64,000 bases of DNA from a phage. Positions 1 to 8,496 of the stretch are shown here, piece after piece (positions within the stretch are counted from its first letter, which is position 1; every line of letters starts with the position of its first letter). The notes beneath the pieces are model-generated. The model was not told where the DNA came from. It did no database searches and was given only the letters and a program-made list of their open reading frames with translations. A program made the position numbers and the translations under genes. The DNA lies in sequence record OZ346175.1. One strand, 5' to 3'.

Positions 1-55
1 TGGTGTTAATATTCTTTATGGGTATTCTCACCATCTTGGCTGATGAGGTGATTAA

Positions 56-250
56 ATGCCTACAATCCTAGCAATTCTTCTAAAAAATCTAGGTAGCTTC
101 TTCTGGAAACTCATTTTATCCCTTCTAAGTGAATACATGATTGAGAAAGTGTTCTTTAAGCTTGCAAGATACCTTGCGAGTAAAACAGACACACCTATTG
201 ATGATGAGTTCGTAGATAACTTAGAAAAAGCTTTTAAGGGGGAGAAATAA
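56..250 (+). CDS. hypothetical small hydrophobic protein
   Basis: 64-aa ORF, hydrophobic N-terminus; no recognisable motif. Confidence 0.3.
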   Translation: MPTILAILLKNLGSFFWKLILSLLSEYMIEKVFFKLARYLASKTDTPIDDEFVDNLEKAFKGEK

Positions 251-622
251 ATGAAGTGGCTAGAGGAAGCTTTTAAAAATAATATTGGTGCAATTGTAGT
301 TGGTATTTTTAGTGTTATTGGGATGTATACCACGATGCAAGTTTCGGATGGTAAACAAGAAGTGTCTATCACAACAAAGTTACAGCAGCTAGATAATTAT
401 TCCAAAAGTAATTATTCAGCTATTCGTGATTTACAGTCTGATATGAGGCTGCTTCAGCTAGGGATGGAGAACCAGAAAGTCCAGTTAGAGAATGTTAAGG
501 GAGAGAACGCAAAACTTACTAAGACTCTTGATAAATTCTCTGATAGTGTGAACAATCTGGCTCAATCAGTATCAGCCCTCCAAGCTATTACTGAGAAGAA
601 CACAAAGAATACTGAAAAATAA
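251..622 (+). CDS. hypothetical membrane-anchored coiled-coil protein
   Basis: 123-aa ORF; N-terminal hydrophobic segment (GAIVVGIFSVIGMY) then heptad-like Q/L/N-rich region; terminator follows. Confidence 0.45.
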   Translation: MKWLEEAFKNNIGAIVVGIFSVIGMYTTMQVSDGKQEVSITTKLQQLDNYSKSNYSAIRDLQSDMRLLQLGMENQKVQLENVKGENAKLTKTLDKFSDSVNNLAQSVSALQAITEKNTKNTEK

Positions 623-628
623 AATTTT

Positions 629-658
629 AAGGCTCCTTTTTACGGGAGCCTTTTTTGT
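629..658. terminator. rho-independent terminator between convergent genes
   Basis: ggctcc-loop-ggagcc hairpin followed by T-run; lies between + ORF ending 622 and - thyA ending 661. Confidence 0.5.
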
Positions 659-660
659 TT

Positions 661-1560
661 TTACTTACCTACTGATAAAGGTGCTTCAATCTTCCCTGCA
701 TGTTGGTAGTTGTTAATGCCACCAATAAAATCACTTGCAGTAAGGTGTTTTAGGTCACTTAAAGTATTAAGTTGTAGACCAATCTCAAAAGTTGGTGCAT
801 GGAACTCTTCATTGTTCATCAGTTCATAAACCTGCTTCATATGATTCTGATAAATCTGAGTATCTCCAAAGACACCTATCAAGTACCGTGGAGTGTATCC
901 AGTCATCTTACAAAGAACTTCCAGAATAAAACCATAAGATGCAATATTAAACGGAAGTCCTAAAAAGGTGTCTACTGAACGCTGATACCACTGTAAGTCA
1001 ACTTCACCCTCGTTAGTAATATAAATCTGAAACAGAACATGGCAAGGTGCTAGAGCCATTGAGTTTGCTGCAATATCTGCTGCATTCCAAGCATTCACAA
1101 GCATGTAACGGTCTGTGATATCACCCTTCATCTTCGTTACTAAGGTCTCTAGCTGGTCTACAACACAACCGTTATGACCTTCAAAGTTTCTCCACTGAAC
1201 TCCGTAGATTCTTCCACCTGCATCTTCTAACCAATCTTGTTCAGAGGAATAGTTAGAGCTTAACCAACGTTTAAAATCATCTGACCAGATAGTCCAGCGT
1301 TCCCCATCATTTTCACCCCAAGTACGGTAACGGAGTTCGCCAAGTTTATTCTCACCATTCAGGAACCATAAAGCTTCCCCAATAACTTGCCGCGTAAACA
1401 CCTGTTTAGAGGTTAAGAGTGGGAAACCAGTTCTCATATCAAAACGAAACTGTGGTGGAGCAAATGCAGAGATAACATCCCCAGTTCGTGTAGTACGCAG
1501 TTCACCAACAGATAGAACATGGTTCAGGATATTTTTGTAACTCAAATCAGCTTGTGACAT
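661..1560 (-). CDS. thyA: thymidylate synthase
   Basis: 299 aa; active-site region LAPCHVLFQ and overall ThyA-like sequence (FPLLTSK, DLQWYQRS). Confidence 0.9.
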   Translation of the reverse strand: MSQADLSYKNILNHVLSVGELRTTRTGDVISAFAPPQFRFDMRTGFPLLTSKQVFTRQVIGEALWFLNGENKLGELRYRTWGENDGERWTIWSDDFKRWLSSNYSSEQDWLEDAGGRIYGVQWRNFEGHNGCVVDQLETLVTKMKGDITDRYMLVNAWNAADIAANSMALAPCHVLFQIYITNEGEVDLQWYQRSVDTFLGLPFNIASYGFILEVLCKMTGYTPRYLIGVFGDTQIYQNHMKQVYELMNNEEFHAPTFEIGLQLNTLSDLKHLTASDFIGGINNYQHAGKIEAPLSVGK

Positions 1561-1561
1561 A

Positions 1562-2107
1562 TCAAAAGTGTCCTTTTACTTGTGGAACATAAATCTCAAA
1601 GGTTGCTTTACCATCATCTGAGGGTCTTGACTGCACCTTTGCAAATACACGGTTATCATACAGTTTATCGAAGAAGTTTTCAAAAGGTAAATACACAGTG
1701 GCCTCTTCAGTGACTTTATGGAAAACTGTATGGAAAACTACACCAGCATACGGTAAAGCATTGACAAGGACACCTGCACCACCAATTACAAAGACATCTT
1801 CATCAATAGAGCTATCAAGATACTTCAAAAATGCTCCAAATGACTCTTTACTGGCTTTAGCATACATTACATCATCTTTGCCAAAGTCTATGCCTAAGTA
1901 TGGTACAGAATTTGTTAAGATGAGGTTTGCACGTTCTGGTAAAGGTTTACTACCCAGAGTCTTAAAAGTCTCATTACCCATGACTACTAAGTTATTTTTA
2001 GTGAGTCTCTTAAACTCTTGCATGTCCTGTTTATGTCGAGGCCACGGCATACCAGTTGGAGTACCAAATTCACCGTTTTCACCACTTGCAAATATTAGCT
2101 TAATCAT
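1562..2107 (-). CDS. frd: dihydrofolate reductase
   Basis: 181 aa; N-terminal MIKLIFA...GMPW..K.D, VIGGAGV motif; adjacent to thyA as in T4/T5-type phages. Confidence 0.85.
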   Translation of the reverse strand: MIKLIFASGENGEFGTPTGMPWPRHKQDMQEFKRLTKNNLVVMGNETFKTLGSKPLPERANLILTNSVPYLGIDFGKDDVMYAKASKESFGAFLKYLDSSIDEDVFVIGGAGVLVNALPYAGVVFHTVFHKVTEEATVYLPFENFFDKLYDNRVFAKVQSRPSDDGKATFEIYVPQVKGHF

Positions 2108-2364
2108 TTTGTAAACCCTCTCTTAATGAACCAGTTGATGACACTCTTCACAACTTTACTACGATGGTAGATAAAATGTGGAGAGTGTTGGTATGAACCA
2201 TAAGCCCAGAAAGCGATAATTTCATTACACCCTGTGCATCGGGTACTTTCTTCAGCAATATGACCGTTGACTATTTCACTTACTTCACCTTGTAAGTCTG
2301 TACACCCACAATGTGGACATCGGATAGGTGTTCCATCAGACTCATAGCAGTGTTCAATTTTCAT
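2104..2364 (-). CDS. hypothetical zinc-ribbon protein
   Basis: 86 aa; CPHCGC...CTGC cysteine pairs; ATGA start/stop overlap with DHFR gene. Confidence 0.5.
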   Translation of the reverse strand: MKIEHCYESDGTPIRCPHCGCTDLQGEVSEIVNGHIAEESTRCTGCNEIIAFWAYGSYQHSPHFIYHRSKVVKSVINWFIKRGFTK

Positions 2365-2817
2365 CTATTTAACCTCAAAAACTGGTTCAAGAACCAATAT
2401 AAAGTCTACACAGTAATCTTCTTCATCCAGAATACCATCAAAGTTCTTAGGAACGAAGTCGAAGAGGCTCATAACAAAACAGTCAGAAGTGACCTTGATA
2501 GTTCCTCCCATGTTTTCTACAGTTAATATTGTACGGCTTTCTGTTACCTCCCTCAGAAGATTACCCACAAAGTCATCTAAGAAGTACTTCATTAGCGACT
2601 TGAAACCTTTAGGGTAATCTGTACCAGAGTATGTTTCAATCTGTGGTACAAGTTTAACATTTATACTAGTCTTTGTTAAGAACGTTTTAGAGAACATACT
2701 ATCAGGTAGCTTACAAACAGTCTTTCCAGTACCTTCATGCTCAATCTCAACAAAACCAGCTTCATCGCCACATGTAACTATTTTAAAAGATGCTTCATTC
2801 TCATACTGTGAAGCCAT
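2365..2817 (-). CDS. hypothetical protein
   Basis: 150-aa ORF co-oriented and tightly packed with neighbours. Confidence 0.5.
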   Translation of the reverse strand: MASQYENEASFKIVTCGDEAGFVEIEHEGTGKTVCKLPDSMFSKTFLTKTSINVKLVPQIETYSGTDYPKGFKSLMKYFLDDFVGNLLREVTESRTILTVENMGGTIKVTSDCFVMSLFDFVPKNFDGILDEEDYCVDFILVLEPVFEVK

Positions 2818-2892
2818 AAACTTTTAAGCATTTCTTTAAGGAAGTCTGCATGAGCATCTTGTAAGAAGATATCAATCATAGTTAATCACCTA

Positions 2893-3252
2893 TTATGGGA
2901 ACAAACACTTAATGTCATCGTTTTTGAAAACAAAACTTGTGTAATTATGACCATCAACATCCAGCCAAACAGCCTGAACATCTACACCATCAAGATTTTG
3001 GTAAAGCTCTTTGATGAAGTGGTCTTTCACAATCTGACTGCTAGTTGTTTCCAGCTTAATGTTCGAGATTGCTGAACCTACAGCCATATAGCCCATGACA
3101 CGTTTCTTCTCAGTATGCTTAATCTTACCATCTTTGTAAGCCATAATGAGATTGGAAAGAATCTTTACACCATAATACTTTTCAAGGTGAGTAGGTACAC
3201 CATAAAAGCCTAATGCGAAGTTTTCAGAGTGGATAATGTTTTCACGTTTCAT
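2893..3252 (-). CDS. hypothetical protein
   Basis: 119-aa ORF in leftward gene array. Confidence 0.5.
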   Translation of the reverse strand: MKRENIIHSENFALGFYGVPTHLEKYYGVKILSNLIMAYKDGKIKHTEKKRVMGYMAVGSAISNIKLETTSSQIVKDHFIKELYQNLDGVDVQAVWLDVDGHNYTSFVFKNDDIKCLFP

Positions 3253-3253
3253 A

Positions 3254-3553
3254 TTAGTCTGCCAACCTTAAATTGAAATTAACACCAAATTTTTCACATA
3301 CTTCCAACATATACTCAAGTGAAACATTCCCAGTGAGGTGGATTATGTTGGATACACGAGCTTGAGAGATACCACAAATTTTAGCAACTTGCTCTTGAGA
3401 AAGACCTCTGGATTTAATCTCTCTCTTAAAACGATGTGCAACGAAGTCTCTCATTTCGTCTACATCCATTGGACAAATATAACTCTCCATTTCAGCCTCT
3501 CTATCAGCCTCCCAATCATCTTGTGGGGCATAAGGGTCAAAAACCTCATTCAT
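3254..3553 (-). CDS. helix-turn-helix (XRE/Cro-like) DNA-binding protein
   Basis: HTH-like segment LSQEQVAKICGISQARVSNI; start trimmed to internal Met (MNEVF) of ORF 3254..3583. Confidence 0.55.
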   Translation of the reverse strand: MNEVFDPYAPQDDWEADREAEMESYICPMDVDEMRDFVAHRFKREIKSRGLSQEQVAKICGISQARVSNIIHLTGNVSLEYMLEVCEKFGVNFNLRLAD

Positions 3554-3758
3554 CTTTCTTCTTCCGTTTGCGTGAAGTGTCAATCAATGAATCTATGTTT
3601 GTAGCTCTAACCTTTTCACGTTCATCGTTAAGATAATCATCAAGAGCCTTTTCAATCTGTGAATCATCTTGACAGATGACTGTAAAGACTGTAAAGCCAT
3701 CTGTATCATCAATTATCTTACCATAACCGCTTCTGGGATGTAACTTTTTAAGAGCCAT
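3546..3758 (-). CDS. hypothetical protein
   Basis: 70-aa ORF, basic C-terminus. Confidence 0.4.
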   Translation of the reverse strand: MALKKLHPRSGYGKIIDDTDGFTVFTVICQDDSQIEKALDDYLNDEREKVRATNIDSLIDTSRKRKKKDE

Positions 3759-4143
3759 ACCAAATACCTGTGCAGCTTCTGTTTTCTAAGAAATACTCAA
3801 CACCGTACATAGCTTTTTGCATCAAATCTTCTTTAAACTGGATACGATGATTTAGCATAGCCTGTACATCAATATCTTCATGGTGCTTCTCTTTAATGTT
3901 TGCAGATTGCAGGAAATACTCTGCAAGAACACGATACTGATAGTCAGTTACTTTATCAGTCATCTCTGTCAAAGACTCTTCAGAGATTGGTTTAAGTAGC
4001 TCACCATTAGCTAGAGCAACACCTTTAACAATCTGGCAAGTGTCTTCTGGAACACCTGATAAGTCCACATTTGGAAGTTCTGTTGCATTAACTGGTAAAT
4101 TCATTGCCATAACCATTGCAGCAGCTAATAAAACCTTTTTCAT
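3748..4143 (-). CDS. hypothetical secreted protein
   Basis: 131 aa with N-terminal signal-peptide-like segment MKKVLLAAAMVMAMNLPVNA. Confidence 0.5.
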   Translation of the reverse strand: MKKVLLAAAMVMAMNLPVNATELPNVDLSGVPEDTCQIVKGVALANGELLKPISEESLTEMTDKVTDYQYRVLAEYFLQSANIKEKHHEDIDVQAMLNHRIQFKEDLMQKAMYGVEYFLENRSCTGIWYGS

Positions 4144-4731
4144 AATAACCTCAAAGTTATATTAAATTTTGTATTACATTGAGTATAAAAATAAGCTATA
4201 ACACCTGACTTGTCAACAGATTTTATAGCTTATTTGGCAGATTTTTTATAAGGCTACTGCCATCCTTCCATACCCTACCTTACCACACCCAACCATACCT
4301 AACCAAACTACACCATACAATACCTTATTAAAAGACCCTCTTAAAGACCTTTTAAAAAGGTAAGTCTCATTTTAATGTAGATGAGACTAACTACCCATAC
4401 CAAACAGCACCGCACTATGCCTTACCCCACCTCACCGAGCCTCGCCCCACATCACTTAAAAAACCCTTTTCAAAGACTCTTAAGTGATGTTGGTGAGTAC
4501 CCGTTGGTTTATGCTGCTCAGTATACTCACCAAATTTTCTATGTCAACAACTTTCTAATAAAGTTTTATGAAGATTTTGCTTAACAACCCGCCTCACATG
4601 CCTGTGCTCTTTCTTAATAAAGAGTGACCTCTTCTTGACAGAGCGCCTATTCTTGTAAGTATTACTAGGATACTTATCATGAACCGGACAACAGCTACCC
4701 GGATTGGTAAACTTGATAATCTCTCTTTTCA

Positions 4732-5832
4732 CTATTCATAATCCCTAATAACTAGCCCAACAGGGAACTGTAAAGACCCCTTACGAGTCATCTTCTGGAA
4801 CTGAACCGTTAAAGGCTTCCCGATAAACTCTTCAGGGTGTTCAGCAAGATACTGTTTCTTCTCATGAGTAGTCTTCCATGAGACATCTACAAAGACGTTA
4901 GGAAGAGTCTCTACAACGAACTTACCATGACCACGCTTATCGGTCTTTACACCAGTCACTTTAAACTCTTCAGTGTGCATCTTCTTGTGCTTAATCAAGA
5001 AGTATGAACGGTGACAACACTCATAGAAGGAGTCTTCAGAGATTGAACGGTACATTGCACCTTCAAACTTAGCTTCAACCCACTTATCATGGGCTTCATC
5101 AAACTCTTCCCAAGAATTTACACGGATAGTCTGTACAGGAACAACTCTACAGGTATCCCCAAGCTCAACAATAGGTGAGTTATCAATAACTTCACGACGT
5201 TCAGGCCAAGATTTTGAATTGTCGCAGATATCATACCAGTAGAATTTAAGAAGGTGACGGTCTGGATTGTCAGCATTCTTAATCATAGATACAATATCTT
5301 CTAAGTCCCAACCATGAGCATAAATCTCTCCATCAAAGTCTTCAACTTGCGGATGTAATTTAAGCAACAAAAGCAAATCTGGAATTAGTTCTGCTGGAAC
5401 GTTGTAAACAGTATTCTCACGAGAATAAGCTGTGAAACCGACTGAATCAGCATCTCTTGAAATTCTACAACGGACACCATCAAGCTTTGGTTGAGCATCA
5501 GCAGGGAACTTCAGATACTTTGCATGGCTAACCTTTGCAGCATCATGAGCAAGCTGTACACCTACTTTCTCAGTATTCTTTGCAGACTCTTTTGTGTAAG
5601 CGTAGCCTTTACGGTCAACTTGCTTTTTATACTTAGCAGCAACTTCAAAGAGAGCTTGCTGTTCAGCGTTACGCTCATTCTTTTTACCGATGTTTTTCGG
5701 TTCTGCTGTGTACTCTTCAAACATCATCTTGCCATTTTCTTTACCATAGGTTGTAATAACTTTGTCACCTACAGCAACGCATGACCAGACGTTGAAAGAG
5801 CCATCTTTATTTTGTTTGTATAGGATTGTCAT
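4732..5832 (-). CDS. ATP-dependent DNA ligase
   Basis: Nucleotidyltransferase motif I K-x-D-G (PKLDGVRC); size and layout like T7-type ligase; start set at MTILYKQ. Confidence 0.85.
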   Translation of the reverse strand: MTILYKQNKDGSFNVWSCVAVGDKVITTYGKENGKMMFEEYTAEPKNIGKKNERNAEQQALFEVAAKYKKQVDRKGYAYTKESAKNTEKVGVQLAHDAAKVSHAKYLKFPADAQPKLDGVRCRISRDADSVGFTAYSRENTVYNVPAELIPDLLLLLKLHPQVEDFDGEIYAHGWDLEDIVSMIKNADNPDRHLLKFYWYDICDNSKSWPERREVIDNSPIVELGDTCRVVPVQTIRVNSWEEFDEAHDKWVEAKFEGAMYRSISEDSFYECCHRSYFLIKHKKMHTEEFKVTGVKTDKRGHGKFVVETLPNVFVDVSWKTTHEKKQYLAEHPEEFIGKPLTVQFQKMTRKGSLQFPVGLVIRDYE

Positions 5833-5834
5833 TT

Positions 5835-6026
5835 TTATTCCTCTGAGTGATACCAAGTATTGCAAGCATTACATGCGTAAAGCTCTAAGTCATTTTTATC
5901 TGGTTTATGAAAACAGTTTGCTCCGCAGTGGCAACGAAATGGCTTTCCACCAACTGTCAGGACGAAGGACTGAATCTTTCCATCAGGAGTCCGTACAGCA
6001 TTTTTATGCTTATCTTCTTTGTTCAT
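5835..6026 (-). CDS. hypothetical zinc-finger protein
   Basis: 63 aa; CHC...C and CNAC cysteine clusters. Confidence 0.4.
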   Translation of the reverse strand: MNKEDKHKNAVRTPDGKIQSFVLTVGGKPFRCHCGANCFHKPDKNDLELYACNACNTWYHSEE

Positions 6027-6229
6027 TTCCTCTTGCCACCAATTTCTACGTCAATAACTTGAACATCACCAGCAACATCAAACTTATGAATGATGCTTTC
6101 CACAGTGTAAGTCCAACCATCAATGCGAACCAACTCACCTTCTCGTGGGACGATTGGGTTACGTTGAGCTACCGTTGTAGTAGAGTGAACAACATCATAA
6201 CAATAGATATAGTTTACTAGGACTTCCAT
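6023..6229 (-). CDS. hypothetical protein
   Basis: ORF 6023..6328 trimmed to internal Met (MEVLV) preceded by GAGGG, avoiding overlap with upstream lipoprotein gene. Confidence 0.35.
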   Translation of the reverse strand: MEVLVNYIYCYDVVHSTTTVAQRNPIVPREGELVRIDGWTYTVESIIHKFDVAGDVQVIDVEIGGKRK

Positions 6230-6239
6230 CGTGAAACCC

Positions 6240-6476
6240 TCACTCAATAACCGTAGTGTGTGATTGACCATTTTTGCCATAGCTATAAGATGTTGTTGTT
6301 TGGGAGTTTGGACATCTGACAACAACAATATCTCTGCTTATAGCATCACCATGTAACTTGTATACTCTGCAATCTTGCATCTCTGGTGGGAGGCTGTAAG
6401 AAGCATTTTTATCTTCATAAGAAGGGTTGCAGCCAGATAGAAAAATAACACCAAGCGCAATTACTGATTTCCACAT
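6240..6476 (-). CDS. putative lipoprotein
   Basis: Signal peptide with lipobox-like LSGC (MWKSVIALGVIFLSGC). Confidence 0.5.
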   Translation of the reverse strand: MWKSVIALGVIFLSGCNPSYEDKNASYSLPPEMQDCRVYKLHGDAISRDIVVVRCPNSQTTTSYSYGKNGQSHTTVIE

Positions 6477-6663
6477 AATACACCCCTGTTTACTGTTCAC
6501 GATGCTCTACTTCTCTGTATGTACGTCGATAATGAATGATAAGTGGTGCTAATTCATTGCTTTTAACATTTGAGCGTAACAGTTGCCAGTCAAAACCTTT
6601 ACCAACTCTTCCATATAAATTAAAAAACTTAACTTTGCGTTTCATTTTCGGTATCTCCAATAT

Positions 6664-6891
6664 TCAGAGGTTAATATTAATACGTTCGCCCTTAAGGACT
6701 CCAGTACGGTCCCTTGCAATCTTACCATCAACAATAAGGATATGCGCAGACCTTAAAGAGTCATTATTAAAACCTTTTACGAACTTACTAGGCATCACTA
6801 CAATAAGCATCTCCTGAATCAACTCTGGAGTATAGCAGTTATCATGAAGTTGTTGGATAACGTCTGCAAGTGTCATTTTTGATGTCTCCAA
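6664..6891 (-). CDS. hypothetical protein
   Basis: 75-aa ORF. Confidence 0.4.
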   Translation of the reverse strand: METSKMTLADVIQQLHDNCYTPELIQEMLIVVMPSKFVKGFNNDSLRSAHILIVDGKIARDRTGVLKGERININL

Positions 6892-7082
6892 TACTCAATG
6901 TCAATAAGTTCTTGTGCAATGCTTTTCAGATTACCTTTCAAGAAAACCTTCTCAGAACCTGAAAGAGATGAATTGTCAATTAACCTGTTCATTCTCTCAA
7001 ACAACTTCTGCTTACGGTTCTTGATAGTTTCCTTTGAAGCGCCTTTCATCATCGCTGCATGGGTTCTTCCACGATGGCTCAT
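6873..7082 (-). CDS. hypothetical protein
   Basis: 69-aa basic ORF. Confidence 0.4.
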   Translation of the reverse strand: MSHRGRTHAAMMKGASKETIKNRKQKLFERMNRLIDNSSLSGSEKVFLKGNLKSIAQELIDIEYWRHQK

Positions 7083-7133
7083 AAGTCCTCCTATACAAGA
7101 TATTGTATAAGGTACTCTTCCCTGAGCACCTTG

Positions 7134-7661
7134 TCAACTTAGTTTTGCAAACTCTCCGTGGAGTTTAATAGCAGCTTCACAGTAAGCTTTATGGGCTTCT
7201 TCAGGTGTGTCATGGTAACCTAAAAACATCTTCTTACCTTTATAACTTATCTGTGCGACCCACTTACCAGACTTCTTCTTCAGGCTTACACCCTTATAGC
7301 CTGATTTATTGGTGGATAGTTTGCTTTTATTCCAAGCACTTTGGTAGTCATCTGCTTCTCTTAAGTTTACAATCCTGTTATCAAGGGAGTCTCCATTAAT
7401 ATGGTCAATAACACCTTTCGGCAACCTACCATACATGTACAGCCATGCGAGTCTGTGTGCTTTATGTGCTTTCTTGTCAAAATAGATAGTAATCTGCTTA
7501 TGACCAGTTGAGTCAATCTGGATGCTCCCCGCTACCTGTCCTGCGTACTGACTATTAAAAACTTTAACAGCCTTTGAGTCGCCCTCTCTACGAAGCCAAG
7601 TAAAGACCCCTGTTTCGGGGTCATAGTGTAGTAGTTCCTTTAAACGTTCTTTTGTAATCAT
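7134..7661 (-). CDS. HNH homing endonuclease with AP2-type DNA-binding domain
   Basis: HNH region (HINGDSLDNRIVNLR) plus AP2-like segment (YKGVS...GKWVAQI...GYHDTPEEA); free-standing immediately downstream of intron-containing polymerase gene. Confidence 0.8.
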   Translation of the reverse strand: MITKERLKELLHYDPETGVFTWLRREGDSKAVKVFNSQYAGQVAGSIQIDSTGHKQITIYFDKKAHKAHRLAWLYMYGRLPKGVIDHINGDSLDNRIVNLREADDYQSAWNKSKLSTNKSGYKGVSLKKKSGKWVAQISYKGKKMFLGYHDTPEEAHKAYCEAAIKLHGEFAKLS

Positions 7662-7671
7662 TTTGTCACCA

Positions 7672-8228
7672 TTAATGCACTTCCAACCACGATTTACCAA
7701 CCTTTGCTGTACCAGTTACAAGTGTTTCTTTCCTCAAACCTAAGTTTTTTGAAGCTTGTCCATACATCCAGTCAGCAATTGCTTTCATATCATGTGTCAT
7801 ACCCTCTGGACATTCCCAACTATTTTCATCGTGATATGCCAGAAGTAACCTTGCTCCGATAGCTGGTTTTCGAGCATTCAGTTTTGTCAGGCCATCTTCA
7901 CAGGCTTTTCTTGCTGCTAGGTTGATGGCCTCATTCTGAATCTGTGCTTCCGAACTCATCAGGAGGTAGTTCAGTAGTTTATGTGGAGATTTGCACCATA
8001 TCCATGCTCCAGCGACCCTGATATAACCACCTTTAGCAATTGAAGAATTCTTCCCAAAAACCTCTTCCAGAGCCTTTTTAGACGCCTTAAAATCGGCTTC
8101 TAAGCTATCAAGTAACTTCTTAATCTTTGGCAGACGCATATAGTAAGTTTGTTTAGTTAATGCACCTTCCTCTGTAGAAGCTGCCTTAATGGTTTTGGCA
8201 AACTTCTCATCACCTGCACCGAACAATA
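7672..8228 (-). CDS. DNA polymerase, family A (T7 gp5-like), exon 2
   Basis: Begins LFGAGDEK (second half of motif B), contains YHDE motif C, ends ...SWLEVH like family-A polymerases. Confidence 0.9.
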
Positions 8229-8496
8229 CATCTGGTCAATACACTCGCAAGGTGTACCAGTTCTCTTATGAACTTCTCCGCATTTCTACGGAGTGTCGGA
8301 CTATATCACGTAGTAGTAATACTACCGTTGCACTTGGGAATGGTCATTGGCTTACCACCCTACTCTACTCAGTTCATACGTTAAGTATGCTTTTCGATAG
8401 TCTCTGAACGTTCCTCTTAAGAGGCTTCGCTGCTGATTACCATATCTTTACAGACTTAGGCTTCCAGCAATTCACAACGTTTTACATGCGCCACTG
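8229..8496 (-). mobile_element. group I self-splicing intron (ORF-less) in DNA polymerase gene
   Basis: Minus-strand P (aattgctggaag), Q (aatcagcagcg), R (gttcagagacta) and S (gatatagtcc) elements; exon ends in U pairing with gcgcau guide just inside intron; intron ends in G; splicing restores IYALLFGAGDEK. Confidence 0.85.

Noticed and set aside
1698-2114. 138-aa plus-strand ORF antisense to the DHFR gene
   Set aside because: Fully contained in the DHFR gene on the opposite strand; low-complexity translation.
4544-4732. 62-aa minus-strand ORF immediately downstream of the ligase gene
   Set aside because: Extremely basic, low-complexity translation in a repeat-rich non-coding region; left unannotated.
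6500-6649. About 50-aa minus-strand ORF (MKRKVKFFNLYGRVGKGF...) between the lipoprotein gene and 6664..6891
   Set aside because: Below size cut-off, weak RBS and no motif; insufficient support.
8189-8407. 72-aa plus-strand ORF inside the polymerase intervening region
   Set aside because: It lies antisense within the group I intron, has no RBS, and the region is explained by conserved intron elements.
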